From assembly GCA_963784155.1 (NCBI GenBank), contig CAWAQF010000004.1, positions 553,422 through 617,421 of the forward strand: 64,000 nucleotides of DNA. Direction: 5' to 3'. The translations under genes and the position numbers were made by a program. Of the stretch, positions 59,242-64,000 are shown piece by piece. A model generated the notes under the pieces. It searched no databases, was not told where the DNA came from, and saw only the letters and a list, made by a program, of their open reading frames with translations. Source of the stretch: an uncultured Acidimicrobiaceae bacterium. Its GTDB lineage: Bacteria > Actinomycetota > Acidimicrobiia > Acidimicrobiales > RAAP-2. How positions within the stretch are numbered: the first letter of the stretch is position 1; each line of letters opens with the position of its first letter.

Positions 59242-60069
59242 TTACGAATAGGGTGTCGGAGGCGGCGTCACAGTGAAGGTCATGCTGAACGTAACGTCAC
59301 CCCCAGGAGTACCTACTTGGCAACCTGGTGGTTGGAAGGCGAGGTTGCTTGCTGCGGTGAGCACGCCCGACGTGGTGGACGTGCTATCGGCACCAACGTT
59401 GCTCAGAGTTGTCGGGTCGGTGCTGATGAAAACAGTCCAAATGAGGTCGACTCCGCTGCCCCCTGTCGCAAGTTGGACGCTGAAGAATCCAGGGGGACCG
59501 TCAGGAAAAAGGGGTTCACAACCTGTGAGGGTGCCGTTGAGCGTCGCGGACGTAACGGTGATGGTGTCGCCAGCGGGGAATGTCATTGTGCCGGCAGGAG
59601 CTGTCAAGAGATTGCCGCTCCATGTGTACGTCGTCGGCCCGGGCCCGGGCGGACCCTGGGCCCCTTGCAGCCCTTGGACGCCCTGCACACCCTGGACACC
59701 CTGTATTCCTTGCGACCCCTTGATGCTTGATCCGGTGTCGGTCCACGTGCCGTTCGACGAACAACTCCAGACCTCGTCGGTGCTGAGGGCGATGTCGGTG
59801 TTCCCGCTCACGCAGCTCCCGTAGGGGTTGCCGGAGCTTGTCAGGACGTTCGCGCCGTTGGTACCGGATGCACCCCAGGAGATCGCGACGGCCGGGAACT
59901 TGCAGGTCGCAGGCGCCGACCCAACGTTAGTCAGCTTCCCTTTCGACAAGCAGGCGTAGTACGTGGCCGCCCCACTTGCGGATGCCTGCACGACACCGAA
60001 GCCCAGTCCCGCAGTCAGCAGCGCTCCTATTACGAACCCAAGCGCGATTGATCTGAGTTTCACTTTCAT
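59242..60069 (-). CDS. secreted collagen-like repeat protein sharing the N-terminal 2-Cys module of the Hcp-fusion protein; C-terminal domain unknown
   Basis: Start is ATG 60069 or GTG 60063, after GGGAGG. The signal peptide is MKVKLRSIALGFVIGALLTAGLGFGVVQASA. The module is ATYYACLSKGKLTNVGSAPATCKFPAVAISWGASG (59866-59967). Eight to nine G-X-Y triplets follow, then a Thr/Gly-rich beta-type C-terminus. Confidence 0.75.
   Translation of the reverse strand: MKVKLRSIALGFVIGALLTAGLGFGVVQASASGAATYYACLSKGKLTNVGSAPATCKFPAVAISWGASGTNGANVLTSSGNPYGSCVSGNTDIALSTDEVWSCSSNGTWTDTGSSIKGSQGIQGVQGVQGVQGLQGAQGPPGPGPTTYTWSGNLLTAPAGTMTFPAGDTITVTSATLNGTLTGCEPLFPDGPPGFFSVQLATGGSGVDLIWTVFISTDPTTLSNVGADSTSTTSGVLTAASNLAFQPPGCQVGTPGGDVTFSMTFTVTPPPTPYS
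59641..59718 (-). repeat. coding tandem 9-nt repeat (G-X-Y: GSQ GIQ GVQ GVQ GVQ GLQ GAQ GPP GP)
   Basis: Reiterated ccctggac / ccttgcag-type 9-mers on the plus strand translate to a collagen-like run. Confidence 0.85.
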
Positions 60070-60239
60070 ACCTCCCGCCGAGGAGCCCTTGTCCGCCGGC
60101 TCGCCGCGAACGTTAGATGAAAGCGTCAGGGGTGTGCACCTGCCATTGGCCAGACTCCCCCCGATCAATGACACTGGGCTGAGGGTCCACCGCTTCGCTA
60201 CTGGGCCTCAATAGGTTCGGAAGCACAGTCAGAGGAACG

Positions 60240-61520
60240 GCACGCCCCGTCTCGAAAAGAGGGTGATTGGTCCGGGTTGCTGGAACAACTCGGACCGCCC
60301 GTCACTCCGATCCGGAACGGCCGTGCCATCCCTCACCAGTTAACGAGAGAAGGGATGGCCATGACCATCGTAGAAGCTGCGCGGGGGGTCACCGGTGGTG
60401 TCGATACGCACCTCGACGTCCACGTCGCCGCCGCACTGGATCCGATCGGTGGCTTGTTCGGCACCGCCGACTTTCCGACGACACCCGCGGGTTATCGGTC
60501 GCTTCTGTCCTGGCTCCGGTCCTTCGGGGAGGTGACCAAGGTCGGGGTCGAGGGCACCGGCTCCTATGGGGCGGGACTCTCCAAGTACTTGCGCACCGCA
60601 GGCGTCGCGGTGATCGAGGTGAACCGGCCCAACCGGGAGGAGCGGCGCCGCAGTGGCAAGTCCGATCCCCTCGACGCCATCGAGGCGGCCCGGGCGGCCC
60701 TCGGCGGCAAGGCGAAGAGCATCGCCAAGTCCAAAGACGGTGCCGTCGAGGGGATCCGAGCCCTCCTCGTCGCCAAGCGCTCGGCCCGAGTGGCCCGCAC
60801 CGCCGCGCTCGTCCAGATGCGCCAGCTGATCGTCACCGCCCCCGACCAGCTGCGAAACCGTCTGCGGGGCCTGACCGTGCACGCCCTCACCACCGAGGCG
60901 GCTCGCCTGCGTCCGGCTCGTCGCGGCGATCCGGTATTGACCGCAACCAAGGCCTCGCTGTGCTCGCTCGCCCGTCGGGTGGAATGGCTCGACGACGAAC
61001 TGGCCGAGCTCGACGCTCGGATCGAGGCGCTCCTCATGGAATGCTGTCCCGAGCTCCTCGGGCGCTTCGGGGTCGGACCCGACACCGCAGCTGCATTGGT
61101 GGTCTGTGCCGGAGACAACCCAGAACGTCTCCATTCAGAACCGGCGTGGGCGCATCTGTGCGGGGTGGCCCCCGTCCCGGCCGGCTCCGGGAAGACCTCT
61201 GGACGGGTCCGAGTCGATCACGCCGGCGACCGCCAGGCCAACGCCGCGCTCTGGCGCATCGTGATGGTGCGCATCGCCCACCACCCCGAGACGACGGCCT
61301 ACTTCGCCCGCAAGGTGCAAGAGGGGCGCCCCAAGCACGAGATCATCCGTCTCTTGAAGCGCTACGTCGCCCGCGAGGTCTACCGCTACCTGCCTCGCGG
61401 CTGAAGACCGCGGCCGTGGGTCTGGCTCACCCCCTATCTGTCGCCCGTCCGACGGGCTGACTTCCCGGCGACTCGTCGACCCACGGCCCGGAACCCATTG
61501 CAACCCGTGGCCTCATAGGA
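60240..61520 (+). mobile_element. IS110 family insertion sequence (boundaries approximate)
   Basis: A single transposase ORF is flanked by ~100-150 nt on each side. No terminal inverted repeats were found, which is usual for IS110. The ends are not determinable from one copy. Confidence 0.6.
60355..61404 (+). CDS. IS110 family transposase
   Basis: ATG at 60355 follows GAGAGAAGGG. The N-terminal DEDD-type domain has GVDTHLDVHVAAALD and VGVEGTGSYG. The C-terminal block is GVGPDTAAALVVCAGDNPERLHSEPAWAHLCGVAPVPAGSGK. Confidence 0.9.
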   Translation: MAMTIVEAARGVTGGVDTHLDVHVAAALDPIGGLFGTADFPTTPAGYRSLLSWLRSFGEVTKVGVEGTGSYGAGLSKYLRTAGVAVIEVNRPNREERRRSGKSDPLDAIEAARAALGGKAKSIAKSKDGAVEGIRALLVAKRSARVARTAALVQMRQLIVTAPDQLRNRLRGLTVHALTTEAARLRPARRGDPVLTATKASLCSLARRVEWLDDELAELDARIEALLMECCPELLGRFGVGPDTAAALVVCAGDNPERLHSEPAWAHLCGVAPVPAGSGKTSGRVRVDHAGDRQANAALWRIVMVRIAHHPETTAYFARKVQEGRPKHEIIRLLKRYVAREVYRYLPRG

Positions 61521-61692
61521 GCTTGTCCTCGAGATCGAGTGACTCATCATTGATCTGCCCGCTTGGTTGCACTCTGATGAAATCGGCCTTGACAAGTGAT
61601 AGGAGCGTCGCCGGGTAGGTCGCGCACTTCCTCTGGCCACGATCGCCATATCCGGTGCGACGGGAGTGGCCTCCGAGAGGGAACAAAAAAGC

Positions 61693-62886
61693 TCAGTTCA
61701 CGAATACGGCTGGCGACCCCGACTGACTTGAATCCGCCACTGAAGTGAACGTCGACAGACCGAGCGCGGACGTAGGACAGCTGGGCGCAAGCGGTCCTGT
61801 TCCACCCGTGAACGCAAGTGATGATCCACTGAAGGGCATCGAGTTGGTGCCGTTTCCGTAGCCGCCTGTCAGGGCACCCGATGATGCGTACGAGCACGAC
61901 GAGGAACCACCGATCACAGACATGGTTAGGCTCACCGTGCCCAAGGTGGCGGGATCACCGGGACCATCGCCAAGGGACATCGCATAGGGGAGGTTGTTGA
62001 CGACGACCGTCGCAGGGAGAGTGCCGACTGCAGGTCCCATATCGATGGTGCAGTTGCTGAAGTTGAGGCTCGTCAGTTGGAGAGTGGCCGTTCCCGGCAC
62101 TGCGGGATTGAACTGAACAGACGCCTGAGCGCTCGCCGATGTGCAGTTGGGACCACCAACCACATCCGAGGAGAGAACGTCGCCGACCGCTGCGTTTGTG
62201 CCCCCCACGCTTTCCGTCGTGAGGACGGTGACCCCTTCGGTCATTGAACTGAGGGTCGGGTCGACAGCCACGCTGGCAACCGGACTACCGGAGCCATTCA
62301 TGCAGTTCCGGAGTGCCTGGCCGGACGCCGTGGCTAAAGCCAAGGAGACGTTGACGGGTCCCCCCTCCGACCTACCCCATTTGAACTGCACCCTGAGACG
62401 GCCAAACTTGTCAGTGAATATCTCTTCACCACCCGAGCCCACCACCACCGCCGTCTGGAACGCCCCACCCCACTTGATCTTCTGCTTCACTGACACCTGG
62501 GAGAACTGGGAAGCGAGCGCCGGGCAGGCCCCGACGACTCTTTGGCCACCACTGATCGTGGCGGGCAGTTTGATGGGCTTGGTCTTCACCGACTGAGGAC
62601 TGGACGGCCCGCTTGTGCCAGGGCTCCCCACGCAGCTGGTGAGCGTCTCGCTAAGCACGATCTTCTCGTGACCACCACGCATCCCCGCTGACGTCAGCGG
62701 GGGGCTGAACGACATGCTGCCACCGGCATCGCAGGTCACATTGCCGATGGGTTGCTTTCCCGCGGTTACTGGGGAAGTGGTAGCCGAAAGTGTCCCGATA
62801 GACAAGACGACTGCAACAACAGCCCCGAAGAGAACGCTCTTCGACAAACGGGAGGTTATGCCAACACCCGGCACCACTTCAGCCAT
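61693..62886 (-). CDS. secreted Cys-containing hypothetical protein
   Basis: Start is ATG 62886 after GAGGGGGA, or ATG 62892. The signal/TM segment is SVLFGAVVAVVLSIGTLSA. The ~397 aa product is Ser/Gly/Thr-rich with paired cysteines and matches no family I recognise. Confidence 0.65.
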   Translation of the reverse strand: MAEVVPGVGITSRLSKSVLFGAVVAVVLSIGTLSATTSPVTAGKQPIGNVTCDAGGSMSFSPPLTSAGMRGGHEKIVLSETLTSCVGSPGTSGPSSPQSVKTKPIKLPATISGGQRVVGACPALASQFSQVSVKQKIKWGGAFQTAVVVGSGGEEIFTDKFGRLRVQFKWGRSEGGPVNVSLALATASGQALRNCMNGSGSPVASVAVDPTLSSMTEGVTVLTTESVGGTNAAVGDVLSSDVVGGPNCTSASAQASVQFNPAVPGTATLQLTSLNFSNCTIDMGPAVGTLPATVVVNNLPYAMSLGDGPGDPATLGTVSLTMSVIGGSSSCSYASSGALTGGYGNGTNSMPFSGSSLAFTGGTGPLAPSCPTSALGLSTFTSVADSSQSGSPAVFVN

Positions 62887-63201
62887 GTACATCCCCCTCG
62901 CCTACAACCGGCTGAGACTCATCTTGGCAACGGACCTCACCACCCCGGCCAGCGGCGACGCCGGGGGCGGCCCTGCTACTTCGAATTGTGAACCTTTGGT
63001 TAGATGATTGCCAGCGTTCGGCCCATTCGGATCGGGTTATCTCGGCGCGACAAGGGCGCGGTCGTACCTGCGGGATCCGACCAAACAGCTGAACTCGGGG
63101 TCTGCCCCATACCGCGCCGAGAGCGGGGCGGTTACGAAGCGTGGCGTAACGGCACGAGCGGGGCATCCCTGGTTCGTGCCTTCCCACCGAGGAAACGGAG
63201 T

Positions 63202-63678
63202 TCAGTCGGGTTGCCCGCCGGGGTTGATCGGTGGCCAGTCGGCGGGCCACCAGTCTCCCTGTGGGTCGGTGGTTTGCCCGACCTCGATGATGTAACCGTC
63301 GGGATCTCGGATGTAGCAACGGATCTCGTACTGGTGCTGCTTCGGCGGCGTCAGGAACTGCGCGCCCCGGGCGCTCCATTCGGCGTACACGGCGTGGATG
63401 TCTGCGACCCGGATATTGAGGAAGCTGCTGACCCGGTCGGGGTCGCTTGGCGTCTCGAGGGTGACCGTGGGCTTGTCGTCGGTGGGGCCTCCGCCGACGT
63501 TGATGATGATGAAGCTGTTGGCGAGTGCGATATTGGTCGGCTCTGGGCCGAAGACCACCGTGCCGCCGAGTACCTCGGTATAGAAGCGCCGGGAGCGCTC
63601 GACGTCATCGGAGACGATGAAGTGGGTCACTACCATTCGCTCTGCGGGCTGCGTGGGTTCGGCCACTGGCACCTCCAC
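63202..63678 (-). CDS. VOC (glyoxalase/bleomycin resistance) family protein
   Basis: Blocks are HFIVSDDVERSRRFYTEVLGG and YIRDPDGYIIEV. The start is uncertain (GTG 63678 or ATG 63636). Confidence 0.75.
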   Translation of the reverse strand: MEVPVAEPTQPAERMVVTHFIVSDDVERSRRFYTEVLGGTVVFGPEPTNIALANSFIIINVGGGPTDDKPTVTLETPSDPDRVSSFLNIRVADIHAVYAEWSARGAQFLTPPKQHQYEIRCYIRDPDGYIIEVGQTTDPQGDWWPADWPPINPGGQPD

Positions 63679-64000
63679 TCGTTGGACTCATGCCCCGCGT
63701 ACGACGGGGTCCGAAGCCTTCAGTCAACCAGGTCTGTTCGTCGAGGAGGTCCGACAGGTCGGGGCGGGTTAGTTAGGCGGCGATTGTGATGGTCTCGGCG
63801 ACGGTGGCACTGAAGTCGTCAAGTTTCCGGACCGTAGAGTGGTGAGTTCCAGATCGCTGCCGGGTATGCCCCCGCTCTGGGCTGACGACGCGTGATATCC
63901 GCTCACACGGATGAGTTGCGGGGACGATCGCCCGAGTTCGGCGCTCCTTCGGATGACTCGTCTTTTGGGACCGCCATATCGCTCGCGCGTCGTCTGCGAC

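Larger units (their letters stand above)
59070..64000. other. A/T-richer island 2 with IS110 element and secreted proteins; extends to or beyond the window end
   Basis: Composition drops right after the CoA-transferase stop. The island contains IS110, two signal-peptide proteins and a VOC gene, with long non-coding gaps. Confidence 0.5.

Noticed and set aside
59641-59718. Short tandem 9-nt repeats that could suggest a CRISPR-like or VNTR array
   Set aside because: The repeats are in frame inside a signal-peptide protein and encode G-X-Y triplets. There are no spacers, no leader and no cas genes.
61441-61520. Small hairpins downstream of the IS110 transposase (GCCCGT-ccg-ACGGGC, CCACGG...CCGTGG) as the defined IS end or terminal repeats
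   Set aside because: IS110 elements usually lack terminal inverted repeats. With a single copy the termini cannot be fixed, so only approximate element bounds are given.
63773-64000. Open minus-strand frame running in from the right window edge. One frame reads RERYGGPKRRVIRRSAELGRSSPQLIRVSG, faintly IS3-OrfB-like.
   Set aside because: The similarity is weak, the stretch is only 76 codons, and the start lies outside the window. It needs the adjacent sequence.

Overview
This is a very GC-rich, actinobacterial-type chromosome segment. Most of it (about 0.8-25.3 kb and 30.5-59.1 kb) is a dense catabolic supercluster for lipid, steroid or terpenoid-like substrates. It holds four cytochrome P450s, a P450-type ferredoxin, a Rieske oxygenase alpha subunit and an FNR/2Fe-2S reductase. 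It also holds three adjacent acyl-CoA dehydrogenase pairs, four enoyl-CoA hydratases, two family-III CoA-transferases, two AMP-ligases and a thiolase. Further genes are a split B12 acyl-CoA mutase, two aldehyde dehydrogenases, three SDRs, two F420-type LLM oxidoreductases, six amidohydrolases and four TetR regulators. Two visibly more A/T-rich islands interrupt it, at about 25.3-30.5 kb and from 59.1 kb to the window end.

These islands carry the most unusual content. One gene encodes a protein with a Sec signal peptide, a conserved two-cysteine module, a short collagen-like G-X-Y run and a C-terminal Hcp (type VI secretion tube protein) domain, with no other T6SS gene in the window. A second protein has the same N-terminal module and a longer G-X-Y run but an unrelated C-terminus. 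It sits next to an IS110 transposase and another secreted Cys-rich protein.

A second striking feature is that at least about 30 frame disruptions interrupt otherwise well-conserved genes. Every junction I could resolve behaves as a +1 single-base insertion, and they cluster in patches, with about 12 in 0.9 kb of one AMP-ligase. This looks more like consensus or assembly error than biological decay, but it needs read-level checking.

Several AT-rich palindromes in divergent intergenic regions look like operators, and two promoters look leaderless. I saw no rRNA, tRNA or CRISPR array.
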